A stretch of 64,000 bases of DNA from Oopsacas minuta (GCA_024704765.1 JAKMXF010000365.1:186001-250000), one strand, 5' to 3'; shown: positions 36,321 to 48,745, counted from the first letter of the stretch. The notes: a model not told the origin generated them from the letters alone. Translations and numbers: made by a program.

Positions 36321-39300
36321 ATGTCTGATCAAATATACAAACAGGACGATAATAGCGAGGAGGACGAGAAGCCCAAAGAAGAAGCAGAGGTTAGTGCTTC
36401 ATATAATTCTGTAAAGTCTGTTATAAATATAAATTTATCTGAAAATACAACAACAAAACTTATTTACAAAATCTGAATAAAACTATAAGTGATAAACAAA
36501 TGATTTAATTGGTCAGTTAATCGAACCAATGATCCTCTCTACATTCCAGGTTCCATTCTTTCTCACATAACCAGCACCATTCCAATTGACACACCCCAAC
36601 ACTACACGTTATATGAGAGCAGCCCCCGTCTCTCTCTACAGGAGCATTACATCCAGGGCAACTCTTAATATTTGAAGATTCTTTCCAATCTATTAAAATA
36701 CAAATGTACAGTGAACTCTGGTTATAACGAAGTGTCTGTTTTCATTATAATATATATCGCTTTCAAGCTATAGGGGGTAAAGAATCACTTCGTTATATCC
36801 CGGGGGTTTACTTAATTACTTGATTCGTAACAAGAGACACATTCTAACTTACCCTGACTCTCTTCGCTGCGATCTCTTCCATCTCCTCCAAATCTCCAAC
36901 TGCTCCTAATCGCACTCCCCTTCAAATTAACCCCCGCAACACCTCCTCTAACAGATAGAGATCTCTCACAAACTCCGAAATGTGCTCTATCCATGCACTT
37001 CCGGCAGAACATATGACAGCAGGCCTCGCAAGTAATTAGTCTATCCTTGGTACCCGGAATTACCCCCTCGCCACATCCCACCGCCGGACAGAGAACTCCT
37101 CCTTCCGCCAGGACGAACTCCTCGGCCGCGAACTTATGTAGTCGCTCGTATAACTCATCTCCTACAACCCTGAAGTGCTCTGCATCTGTTATGAGAGAGT
37201 TCGGACATCCAGCCGGGCATCCCAGGCTATACCCTACACTACTTTCATATCTACAGAATAGGCTGTTAGGAATTTAAGTTATGCAATGAATGTGTCGCAT
37301 ACCTGAATAGTCTTGACACTAGATTAACTCTAACATACTCTGTAAAGCAAGGTAGACATGTAGCGTGTAAGCTAGTGCATTCAAATACCATTAATCTGTC
37401 TGGAGACTCTGCGCATATAATACATTCTACTGATCTCTCATTCATTTTAACCTAGAGGGATATAATCTATTATATTTGCAACTTATGACAAAATGTATTG
37501 AGGAACTGGTAAGAGCTACATAGAATAAAATACGTCTAAGAAGATATTCTAATATCAAAGCGAAATCATCCCTAGTCTCTAAGAAAGGTGACGAAATGTT
37601 CTACCCAGTTACAGTACACTCAATTACCTGTTTGAGAGGTGTAGCAATACTCTCTTGTTGAGGATGATTAATACAATTAAAATAAAACTCTGCTCTAATT
37701 CCTTCACATTTACAAGAGACGCAAGAACCTGTTATTACATCTCCTGTGACGTCATTCCAACATGAGGGGTCACATGACAGGGTGAAGTGATTAGACTTAC
37801 AATTCCAGCAGCGCACAAGCAGTTTCCCTGCGAAATAAAATAGGTAATATAGAACAAGCCACTCATCAAAAATTATGTTTTGTTAACACCCTTTGGAATT
37901 TATCACCTCTTGTAATAGTGTTACACACATCTCTACAGAATACAGAGAAATATCTCCGTTTAGATTTCATAGTCTCATAGCTTATCTGAGAAGTGTGAAG
38001 TGAGAATTCTCCTAAATGTTCATAAATATGCTCTGACACCTCTGAGACTGTGTCTGAATCAGCCACGTACCGTCTGTAGAATATACAACACATTTACTTA
38101 CAGTTCAATTAAAAATTGAACCAATGGTCTGTATGGGGTAATAATCACGGTAACTATGGTATCTGGAATGTTTAATGAGAACTATTAGTTGTTACCTGAA
38201 TGAAAAGTCAAACACACCCTCTGATCCTTTATCCCAATGTGACGTCATTGGTACATAATACTCCCCCTCTAGCTCCACGTGGATACCAGAAGGGTCCAGG
38301 GGCCCTGCGGACATTGGCATCTGTATATCGTATCCTCTAGAAGGGAGGGAAGGGGACAAGGACCCATACACCCTAAGTTTCGTGTTGTTAACCCGTGGCA
38401 TAGTGTTAGTAGCCAGCACACAATACAATGTACTGAATTCAATCATGTGTAAATCTCTCAATTTTGTTTTATTATCAATCTCTTTGCCAAGGAATATTAG
38501 TTTATTAGGGACTCTCCCTAACTGAGAAGTAATTGCCTGTTTCAATTTGAATACATTCCAATCCCACTCTACCATCACTGGGATTCTACCGCCAGATTCC
38601 TTGTTCGTATAATATAGCCAGATTACTGGCATTTATCTGAAATGAATTGTTTACATTATTGCACTAAGTAACACCTCAAGTTGTTGTTAGTTCCTATATA
38701 ACACTCTCGTTGGTAAGTACTATAACTGGACCCATGTGGTCCTTTGGGTGTTCCCCTATTTGCAATATAACTTGCTAATAAGCGAACTCCACTGTAAATA
38801 CTTTGTATAATTTCAATGTAATTAGAGAAATACTTATTTACATTTAAGAGTTAATTAAAAATATAAACAATTAGTAAAGTTAGTATTACAATATTAACAC
38901 CTAAATATATACACCAATCACACTTCTATAAATTATCAGTTTATTAATGGATTAATAGCTGTTGATTCTGGTTAATTTCCCTAGCAACGAAAGGGTGGTA
39001 AAGCAATTCGTTTGCATAAGGACGAGCTATCTTATCATGAGTTAGACACTGGGATACAAACTTTTTGCATTCCTGAGAAATCTCTTTGGGTAGGACAGGT
39101 TCAGTCTTTTCGGACGCTATTTTAAACATAGCAGCCATTGGTTCCAGTTTATACCAGGGAGGTGATGTAGTGAGCATTTCTACGATGGTACAACCTAGAC
39201 TCCAGATATCTGCCCTCCTCCCGTAGCCGTCCCCCTTGATTATTTCAGGTGCCATCCAGTAGGAGGTCCCGTGTACCGATTTTATGTTCGTGTACTTGCC

Positions 39301-41959
39301 AGTGCCGGATAATAGCGTTCCAAGTCGCTTGCTCGCACCGAAATCTCCGAGTTTGATATCAAGGTTTTTGGTCATTAGAACGTTTGCCCCTTTAATATCG
39401 CGGTGAACTATTGATTTAGAATGCAAGTAGTGAATTCCTTCAAGGATTTGTCCCGTGAATTTCAGAGTCTTCCTTTCAGGCAGGGCCCCTGTTCGCCGGA
39501 TATAGGCGTGTAGCGACCCCCCAGGCATATACTCCATAAATATTGATACACACGTGTCCGTCTTCTCAATCCCTAAGTATGTTATAATCCTGGGACTACT
39601 GAGGGTTTGCAGAGCTTGTATTTCTCTCTCAAATGAGTTGATTTCTTCTTTATTAGAGAGTTCCTCTGAAATAGGAATCTGTTTAACAGCCATTTCTCGC
39701 TTTGTCTGGTTGTCTATTGCTGTGAATACGCTCCCGAATCCTCCTATAAGCACACACGAATAAAAAGATACAGTAAATGCCGGTTATAAGAACAGGTATT
39801 GCTACTCGCAAGGGGTGTACTCATAACCATCATACACTCTATTTGTATGAATTTATTATCGTTATTATTGAAAATATTTCCTGAATGTTATCAGGGTAAC
39901 TTGGCAACCTAGACAACCAAATGGAATGTCGGTTACAGGCAATCAAAAGTAAAATTATGTTAACTACCTGATCCAAGGAATTTCCCCTTCGTCCATTGGT
40001 TAGGTACTCCTACAAGAGGCTTCGTAACCATGGTAAATACGTCTTTGTCCTTCCTTCTGTCAGAAGGATTAATAGCAGAGAATGAATCTTCATCTGAGAC
40101 AGTAACTACTGATATAGGAGTCTGTTTATGAGTGCTGAAGGTACTGATGTGTGTGTGATAATCAGTTTCTTGTTCCGATAATCCCGAACTATTTGTGGTA
40201 CTGTCTGACCCAAAAGAGCCCCCAGAGTCTCTGTCTGGAGGGAGGATCCCCTCCGGTACGAATCTGCCCCCTCCAAGCCCTTCTAGATTAGGTGTAAACC
40301 CTCCTAGACCGGCATCCGGAATAAACTCGCCATGAGGCTTTGAAGAACTCGCAGACTTTGAGAATCCTGAAAATGAGAGTTTGGGCAGTGGTGCTCCCTC
40401 TGGATAAGACTTGTGCACCTCTCCAGGGGTAGATACGTAAATGGGTTGAAGGAATTGACTCTGAGAAGAAAGAATCGGTAAAGATCGACGAGGTGAGTGT
40501 TGTATGCTATTCTGAGACAGTTCTAGACCATCCGGCACACGGGGTGTTAAAATTATAGAAGGGGCTGATTTGAGTTCATCTGGACCCATCCTTGTTATGA
40601 GGGAGTCGATCTCTTCTTGAGAATATAGTGGGTACTTCCTGTTTCCCTGTATCCAAATGATGCTCAAGTTTGGACCAAATTTATCGTTCACAAAACGGAC
40701 AATTTCTTCATAACGAATCGGCCATTTTACGTAGAAAGCTCTCTTCTCGCTTGCGTAATCGAATTTGACAAGAATTTCACTTCTCGGTTCATTGCTGGGA
40801 GTGGGATAAGCTATTTTTAGCCTTGCGAGTTGTTCTGATAAAGACATTAGTAACTACAGTCTACATGCTCTAGAGATAACTCATATTATACACAAATACC
40901 AGTATATCCTAATTAGCTAGAAATATTCATACCTTTTGCAAGTTTATAGACAAATCTACACAAATTTTCCGTGTTTACATTATCAAGTTCTTGTAAACAA
41001 ATTTGTTTACATATTTATTTATAAAAGAATTGGCTATGTGATTATTTACAACATTTTGAAGCGCAGTAAACAAACTCTGAATATTGGCGAATAATCTGTC
41101 CAAACAGATGATACATATCTTATGAACTTAGATACCTTTGAGAAATAGCTTATTATCTCCAGAAATAGGCTCTATGTTATCAACAACATATCATGAATAC
41201 ACAGGAATTCAGTAACACAATTAAACATTTACAAAAGAAGTAAGAATCGGAGCTATTTATGTTGTTAGTTACAGAAATTGGTAATAGGAATGCATAATAG
41301 AATGGGTTAAAAGTGGTATATATGAACCACAATCTGCATGATTACCTGAATTACTTGTAACCTAACCTGCCCAATAACCTAATTTCCAAGAATAATAATC
41401 TAGCAAACAGACAGATGGTCCTATTTCTTATTAAACAGAACGCGTACGAACAGAGCATGTGTGTATTATATATGAGTAAGGTTCTAAGATATTTGTGTGT
41501 GTATTTGTCACTAATATACTTAAAATGGATACTTCTATTAGATATAAATTCTCCTATTTTGCTAAATGTAATATGTCATACAGCTGAGAATTGAATTCCG
41601 AATGACTCACAACGTTTCTAATGAGAAATCACATGCAATAGCACAAAATTCTCGGGGGACATTTCTAACACCCTATTATTATAATTTGATCAGGAAATAT
41701 GTTACAAACCTATTCTATATTCAAATAACAGGTCACCCCCGATGAAGATGAGGACGATCCTATCGACCCCAAAGATGTCCTCACTGAGAAATGCTCAGAA
41801 ACTATAAAATGTCAAAACCTCAAATCAGTGATGGACGGATGCACCGAGAGAGTTGAATCACACCCCGGTACTCACGAAGTGTGTACTCAGGAATTATTCG
41901 ATTTCATGTCCTGTGTGGATTTATGTGTGTCTAAACAATTATTCAAATACCTCAAGTAA
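36321..41959 (+). CDS. UQCRH: Cytochrome b-c1 complex hinge subunit; exons 36321-36389 and 41732-41959
   Basis: Exon 2 encodes DPKDVLTEKCSETIKC...CTERVES...CTQELFDFMSCVDLCVSKQLFKYLK* (QCR6 pattern), begins after AACAG and has no usable upstream ATG. The acidic phase-0 exon MSDQIYKQDDNSEEDEKPKEEAE|GTTAGT is the best partner. Exon 2 is near certain; the link to exon 1 is inferred. Confidence 0.8.
36517..38632 (-). CDS. PRKN: Parkin RBR E3 ligase; exons 38196-38632, 37907-38073, 37628-37827, 37303-37451, 36853-37250, 36517-36689
   Basis: Ubl (IFLGKEI), RING0 (FSVFCRDVC...GKLLVRCWNC...PSCWND...AEFYFNC), RING1 (CIICAE...CLPCF...YSLGCPAGCPNSLI), IBR (GGVLCP..GCG...FCRKC), RING2 (KSCPGCNAPVERDGGCSHITC...EWCWLC...EDHWFD). 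All splice phases are consistent. Confidence 0.96.
36709..36813. mobile_element. TA-flanked pogo/Tigger-type MITE in the last parkin intron
   Basis: TA|CAGTGAACTCTGGTTATAACGAAG ... CTTCGTTATATCCCGGGGGTTTACT. Confidence 0.7.
38944..40847 (-). CDS. MAP3K2: MAP3K2/3 (MEKK2/3)-like kinase, PB1 + kinase; exons 39968-40847 and 38944-39743
   Basis: PB1 ILVKFDYASEKR. The splice completes GSG|GFGSV; also MAVKQI, HRDIKGAN, DFG, GTSYWMAPE, ADIWSLGCT..EMLT..PPW..LEPMAAMFKIA. Confidence 0.93.
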
Positions 41960-42342
41960 ACACTTAGCAGCCACTACGATAGATAGGAATGTAATAATGT
42001 ATTAGGAATAATCTGTGTTTGTTACAAATAAATAATATTCTATGTGATTCTTATACAATTAACTAATTTCAAATTTTGGGGATTTGAATTGACATATCTG
42101 GGGTCACATTCCTATATAGGGCCAACAGTGGGTAGCCCGAGGTGTTACCCCCTGTATACATACATATGAATATAAAGATGGTATAATAATGAATAATGTG
42201 TAATTGTAAGGTAAAAGATACAATTAGAAGTAATTACTTAACAGATAATCAGGGAATACAATTTAGTCCATAAACAGAGTAATCAAATTCTGTCAATATT
42301 GTTAGTTACAAACAAACAAAGTAGTAAACAGCTAACAAATAA

Positions 42343-42852
42343 TTAGATGCAGATCCTGTAGCTCTCATCTTCAAACAAACAGTAGGGCTGAGTATCCTCG
42401 CCACTCATACTAGGGGACAATAGGATAATAACTCCCATCATAAAGGAAGCGAACGCACAGATGCGAGCTACAGAACTCAAATAGCGAGCTGCTTGAATAT
42501 TCCCTCCAGTTTCAGTCCAGAAAGCGAAGCAAGTGAATGCGAATGCTATGTACCCGCACGGACTGAATAGTAGGATTGAGAGAATGACCGCCAGCCATAG
42601 GAGAGGAGACACAACGGAGTCTAGACGGGAGTTATCCTCCAGGCTTCGTGTCTCCGATACATCATCGATAATTACAGGTTTCTCCGTGTATGCTGGGGGA
42701 GGAAAGTGCGGCTTCTCTTGGATTATAACCGGAGGGGTCTGACACGGCTGATCAGTAGTAGGCTCCTCCTTTGGAGCGTTGTCCGGTGCTGGGTCTTCCT
42801 TAGCGTAGGGAGGAGGGGAGAGATCAGTAGTCGGTTCAGGAGATGTAGACAT
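42343..42852 (-). CDS. CD225/dispanin (PRRT1-like) membrane protein
   Basis: Pro-rich N-terminus (PPPY motifs), then LWLAVILSILLFSPCGYIAF...GNIQAARYLSSVARICAFASFMMGVII, the dispanin pattern. Confidence 0.75.
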   Translation of the reverse strand: MSTSPEPTTDLSPPPYAKEDPAPDNAPKEEPTTDQPCQTPPVIIQEKPHFPPPAYTEKPVIIDDVSETRSLEDNSRLDSVVSPLLWLAVILSILLFSPCGYIAFAFTCFAFWTETGGNIQAARYLSSVARICAFASFMMGVIILLSPSMSGEDTQPYCLFEDESYRICI

Positions 42853-43129
42853 ATTAAGCTAGCACAGTAAAATATGACGTTCTAAGCCTAACTATAATGC
42901 ACAGTAATAAATGCAATGAACAGCTGAGCTACAGTGGATATTAAATGGAATCAATTAGTGTAGCAATATAGATACGAATAACGGACTAGGAATGTTAATT
43001 AACGGACAACATAATGATATATACAATCTTGGGAAATGGTGAGAGCTTTGGTAGTTATGATAACAATTTACCATTGCCCATTTCCATAGTTAAGTTGAGT
43101 AATATTTACGTAATTATATTTTTAATAAG

Positions 43130-43477
43130 ATGGCTAGCAACATGGACAATAAGACAACTTTATCACTTACTGCATTTCACACCTCTCACAACTCAGATGT
43201 AAACATTACAACAAATCTGCCTGAACCTCTGACAATACCGTGTCTACTGGAGAATTTAAAATCTCTGAGAGAGAAGTCTAATAAAGAAATAAGCAGATGG
43301 GTGGAAGAGGAAAAGATAGAAGAAGATAAGACCGTTAAGAAAAAGAGAAAAGTTTCAGAAAATGATCTATCAGATGTAGAAGAGACTGATAAGGATTTGG
43401 ATAATGATATCGATAAAATTCTGTCCGCACAGGTTGAAACAGATAAAAACAGCCAAACAAAGAAATCTAGAATTTGA
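43130..43477 (+). CDS. Small disordered protein, possible KEOPS subunit GON7
   Basis: 115 aa: short beta/helix N-terminus (LTAFHTS...TNLP...LLENLKSLREKSNKEISRWVEEEK), acidic tail and terminal KKSRI. The GON7 likeness is by eye only. Confidence 0.5.
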   Translation: MASNMDNKTTLSLTAFHTSHNSDVNITTNLPEPLTIPCLLENLKSLREKSNKEISRWVEEEKIEEDKTVKKKRKVSENDLSDVEETDKDLDNDIDKILSAQVETDKNSQTKKSRI

Positions 43478-43680
43478 TTAATCATATTTTAGATTAAGCA
43501 ACCTAAAACGTTCGTATACGTAAACATGAATTATAACAATAATATATTTCATAGCAATCAGGCTTATACGAATGCTAATTATTTGCATAATATTTGTTGT
43601 AATGAATTGAGCCCCTTTCACACTTGTTGCAATATGTAACGTGATAGTATAAATAACAGAGTAGGTGGTAGAATTACAAA

Positions 43681-44409
43681 ATGGCAGAAGTAAATTCTGT
43701 ATTTGTAAATTGTACAAAAGATTTTCCTCCCTTCTTATTCTCAATAGAGATAACAGAGATTATAGCTCGTAACATTCTTTGTCACGCGAATGGATTCAAA
43801 GATCTATTGAACTTCTCTCAGACCTGCTTACGCTACGATGCATTAGTACAACATTTATGGAAAAAATTGTGTAATTACGTATTCTCTCAGGAGAAAATAA
43901 ATAAATTCCTTATTGAGATGAAACCTGACTGCTACAAGAGGGCCTATTGGGAACTGTTGAAGAGGAGTAGGATGGTGACGGGTCTAGAAATGGGTGGAGC
44001 ATGGACTAATGATCCGCGTTACTACCAAAGTGACGGACAGACTGAAGGGACTCTCTCTCAAGAACCGCTGTTCTTAAGAACAGTCTGCCATTTGGAAAAT
44101 GGAGTTTGTTTTAAAAATGTATTCCCAGGAAATTATGAAATTGTTTGGCGTATAAAACAAGACAAAATGAATTCTTCCAGACCCGTACCGAATGCAGATA
44201 TATTCTACACTATAGAGGGCGAACAACAAATACCTCTTGGAAAAATATACCAGTATCAAGAGGAGAACTCGCAGAAATGGGTTGAAGTCTCCACTGGATG
44301 TATAAAGATGGAAAGATATGGGAAAATACACTCAAGGTTCGTGAGTTTGGTGCAGTTTGGGCAAGATAGTCTTTGGTTTGATTGTATACTGCTTAGACCT
44401 CTAAAATAG
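43681..44409 (+). CDS. F-box + PP2 (phloem protein 2)-like domain protein, 242 aa
   Basis: F-box SIEITEIIARNI...DLLNFSQTC...LWKKLC. PP2-like WTNDPRYY...LRTVCHLE...VFPGNYEIVWRIK...W.EVSTG...LWFDCILLRP. Confidence 0.75.
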   Translation: MAEVNSVFVNCTKDFPPFLFSIEITEIIARNILCHANGFKDLLNFSQTCLRYDALVQHLWKKLCNYVFSQEKINKFLIEMKPDCYKRAYWELLKRSRMVTGLEMGGAWTNDPRYYQSDGQTEGTLSQEPLFLRTVCHLENGVCFKNVFPGNYEIVWRIKQDKMNSSRPVPNADIFYTIEGEQQIPLGKIYQYQEENSQKWVEVSTGCIKMERYGKIHSRFVSLVQFGQDSLWFDCILLRPLK

Positions 44410-44455
44410 TGTGAATAACTGATTCAGTTGGAAGTTATTAAACTGTATTTTATAG

Positions 44456-45051
<596 letters not shown>

Positions 45052-45457
45052 TGTAGAAATTACTTTCTTAATTTTCTCTACGTTGCGTACAAACTCGAAA
45101 CTGTGCCGACAACATAGTATACTTGAGGCATTATACAATGATAAACAGATAGTGCCTCCAATAATGCCAACCTGAATGAAGAAGAAAAAGCGAGACGATA
45201 TGGAATTCCAAAGTAAGAAAGAAGTTTCCGTTTACAGATAATGCCTCCAATTATATTTTGCTAATAGGTTAGTGCTTTATAAAGGTAGACAAGATATAAT
45301 CATTCCGATAATGGCATTCAGACTAAGTATTTCGGTGACGAGAAAATCAGTTTTGTCAATCATAGAAAGTTCGACAAATTTAAATACTAACTTAAGTGAT
45401 TATTTGATATATGTAAATATGAATAAAATAATACAAACTAGATTGACAATACAATTG

Positions 45458-47091
45458 TTATAAAAAGTCCATACCTACTCCAAACTGCAGTCCAGGATTA
45501 AAACTATCTCTCCTAGAACTGAGGAGGACTTGACACCAATTAACTTCTAAACGGATATAACTTATCTTCCATAGAAATCCTAGTCCAACCGATAATCTGA
45601 ATCCGTCACTAACTTCACGGATTGAAGTATCCCTCTTTATGTTAAACAGGTTACCAACGGTTGCAAAGGCATGTAGTTTAAAGTATTGGCCTAAACCATC
45701 TGACCAGAAGGGAAGGGGAGAGAATAAATGAGCTCCTCCTGCCCAATAGGTGTTTGCACCCAGGGAGCAGTCTCTGTCACGGGGTGATAGGCCCCATAAG
45801 TTAAACCCCCTCAACGTTGTAGGTCCCCCTAGTAAAAACCGGTCCAGTGGGTGTGTCGTGTCTCTGAGGGAGTGTAGATAACCGGTCCGACCCGTGATCG
45901 ATAGAATTATCCCGGCAAATAGCGGCATATTAGCTTCTGACTGTATTTCTGCTTTCAAGTACTTCGAACTGTCAGGAATTAATCCTGAATATTCCTAAAT
46001 AATTCGTATTAATTATACCAATTAATCTCACTGCTATGTTCGATTGATTAATAGCTAACAAACCTGTGTGGTGGATAGATATACTCCAGGACTGATAACC
46101 TTTGTATTATCCCTAGAATCCACGAATAGAGTATGTCTTATAGCAGACTTAAGAGAATGTCCTGCATGCTCTCTCAGATGCAGACTGGTACGAGTATACC
46201 TAGGTGTAAACTGTCTCCAATCACAGTCTAGAGAGAGTATGTGTCTACCTACACATGAATACAACTATCATTTTAGTACGTACAGTGTAACCTGCACTTG
46301 TGCTGTAGTTAATTCAATTAATAACTAACCAATGAATGAGTTAAGAGCACAACTAGCTTCAGCTCTATGGGATAGATTACTAGAGTTGTAGTGTTCGAGT
46401 TGGTAGTCTGTCCTACCGAGAGATATCTCCAGGTTTTCCACTGCCCCTCCTGAATAGGGCTTCTGTAAACTGAACTTGTAGTCTCTAGACCTGTCTGACC
46501 CTGGATTAGGGGCAGCGCACTGTACAGAGAGCTTCTCTCCTCTCCCCCAGAGGTTCGGGAGGGATAGAGACATGGTTCCTGTCGCGGCGTTGTCTCCTAC
46601 TTCTACTCCAACTTTTGCGGTTATATTCCTCTCTATTACATTAAACTTGACTAGAATATCTTCCAAGCCTGATCCTCTGTCTAGCACTACGTCTACCTAA
46701 TGAATACATATCTAAGATATTGCTTGTTTCTAGGAAACCGGGGTGGAGGAATGGCATTTATACATATATGTATTAATGATGTCTCGGGACTATTCGTCCT
46801 ACCAATACATACTTTTTTGAATATTCCCATGTTAGATAGCTCATCTCTTTTCTCAGCTATTCCCTCCAACAGTTCCTGATAGTTAGACAGGTCTAGCACT
46901 CCTTTAACCCTATCCGTAAGATAATCAGATTTAGTACGAGAGAGTCCTGTAAGTATAACAGACTTTACTCTACAGGGTCTGCCCAGATGTATTTTTACTA
47001 CTCTAGGGTGTGTAACATGAGGGGGAGAGAGGGTTGGGGAAGGTTCTGATTCTGTGGATGGTTCCACATCTGAGATAGATTCATCTGGCAT
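45458..47091 (-). CDS. SAMM50: Mitochondrial SAM complex subunit Sam50; exons 46813-47091, 46330-46696, 46064-46248, 45458-45994
   Basis: POTRA (GLSRTK...GIFKK|VDV), NLWGRGE, LREHAGHSLKS, DRFLLGGPTTLRGF, RLEVNW...GLQFGVGMDFL (beta-signal). Splice phases are consistent. Confidence 0.95.
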
Positions 47092-47126
47092 TCTAATGGC
47101 AATGGATAATTAATCAAATAAACTTA

Positions 47127-47193
47127 CAGTAATCTCCGGTTATACCGAAATACCCGCTTAAGTCTTAAATTTCAATATAACAAGAGGTGACTG
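47127..47193. mobile_element. TA-flanked pogo/Tigger-type MITE between MFSD1 and SAM50
   Basis: TA|CAGTAATCTCCGGTTATACCGAAA ... TTTCAATATAACAAGAGGTGACTG|TA. Confidence 0.75.
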
Positions 47194-47272
47194 TATTCAC
47201 AGCAACAAGATTATATACAGGCGTTAAAGTTAAAATGTAAATATACAATTAAACGCTTAAGAGTTAGATAAT

Positions 47273-48745
47273 TCATTTTTCATTGAGAAGTACTCTCTTG
47301 CGTAGAGACTCGTCCCGTAGACTATCTTCATCCTCGTCTTCTCTGTCACCATATAGATCATCCTTAACTTGTTCCAACCGTTCGGCCTTCTTTTTAGAAC
47401 AAGAGGTCCTGTTCAGTATACCGGCGTTACCTAGGTCTAGGAAGTATAGTGTCAGGCAGAATAGTAGTGTAACACACAAACACATACAGAAGAATAGCTC
47501 TAGCACTAAGTAGCCGTACTGGTCTAGCAGTACTCCGGCTACAATAGATATTATAGCTAATCCCGCGTTTTGTATTGCCTGCATAATACCATATGCAGTC
47601 CCTAATGCATTCTCTTGCACGAGGTAACCGACTAGTGGCCATAGAGATGATGCTAGAATTGAATAAGATAGTCCCATTAATATCATGATACCCAAAGGAA
47701 GTATAAAGGTAAAGGCTAACATAGAATGAGCCGCTAGGGTTAAGAGGGTACCTAGCAATACCCAGAATATGGCCAGACCAGTTTTATCGATTACAAAACC
47801 GCAGAAAGGTGAAGCAACAGCTGACACGATATAGACAGCACTGTTTGTAGAAGAAGCGAGGACAGAGCCCTCTCCGTACTTCTGCTGGAAGAATACTAGT
47901 CCTAAGCTAATGAATGGAAATACAGCAGAGTAATAGAATACACAGATGAAGAATATGACCCACAGGGACAAGGGAAAATGAAGGATATCCTTCAGTCTAA
48001 TCGGTTCCTCAGATTTAACTATCCTGTTCTCAACTAGCTTCTCAGCTCGCTTGTCTAACAGACCAAGCACTACAGCACCTAAGAGGGACAAAATACATAT
48101 TACAAGCCCCACGTCAAGACATATCCCCAGGGCCGTAAATCCACTGAAATGAGAGTCCACCATTTTCTTGAAAAGAGGTCCTAATGTCAGCATGTTGAAA
48201 GTAGAACCGAGACGAGACACACTAATCAGCAGACCAAATACGAAACTAAATTCCTTTCCTTTGAACCAAATAACTGCATAGGTATTCTGCGTAACGGTCA
48301 GACTCTCGCCTCCTAAACCAAACACAAAGCGTCCTACACACATAACTGGGAAGGAACCAAAATGAGCACCAGCGGCGAATATCAGCTGTCCTATACACAA
48401 GAGAGAGCTAAAGATTACTGCCCCTAGTCTGTGTCCGAATACACGGTCAAGCAGATACCCTCCTATGACAGATAGAATCACGTTAGGCCAGGAATAAAGC
48501 GAGTAGAACAATTCGTATCGGGTCTTATCGATGGACAGGGTCTTAAGCATGGGGCCTTCTAGCGAAGCGGGGTTATCAAAACAGAAATAGGAACCGAACG
48601 ATAAGGTGCACATAAAAAATAGGATAATAAGTCGGTGTAGAAGGGTAGAGGGATCGGTGGGGTGTGTGAACTCTCGTAGGAACCAATTTTGTTGTTTCTT
48701 CTCCTCTTGAGAAGTACCTAGTAACCGAGTACTCTCGCTATCCAT
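47273..48745 (-). CDS. MFSD1: Lysosomal MFS transporter MFSD1, single exon
   Basis: CTLSFGSYFCFDNP, LYSWPNVIL, GRFVFGLGGESL, WFKGKE, GTAYGIMQAIQNAGL; N-terminal dileucine-like TRLL. Confidence 0.95.
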   Translation of the reverse strand: MDSESTRLLGTSQEEKKQQNWFLREFTHPTDPSTLLHRLIILFFMCTLSFGSYFCFDNPASLEGPMLKTLSIDKTRYELFYSLYSWPNVILSVIGGYLLDRVFGHRLGAVIFSSLLCIGQLIFAAGAHFGSFPVMCVGRFVFGLGGESLTVTQNTYAVIWFKGKEFSFVFGLLISVSRLGSTFNMLTLGPLFKKMVDSHFSGFTALGICLDVGLVICILSLLGAVVLGLLDKRAEKLVENRIVKSEEPIRLKDILHFPLSLWVIFFICVFYYSAVFPFISLGLVFFQQKYGEGSVLASSTNSAVYIVSAVASPFCGFVIDKTGLAIFWVLLGTLLTLAAHSMLAFTFILPLGIMILMGLSYSILASSLWPLVGYLVQENALGTAYGIMQAIQNAGLAIISIVAGVLLDQYGYLVLELFFCMCLCVTLLFCLTLYFLDLGNAGILNRTSCSKKKAERLEQVKDDLYGDREDEDEDSLRDESLRKRVLLNEK

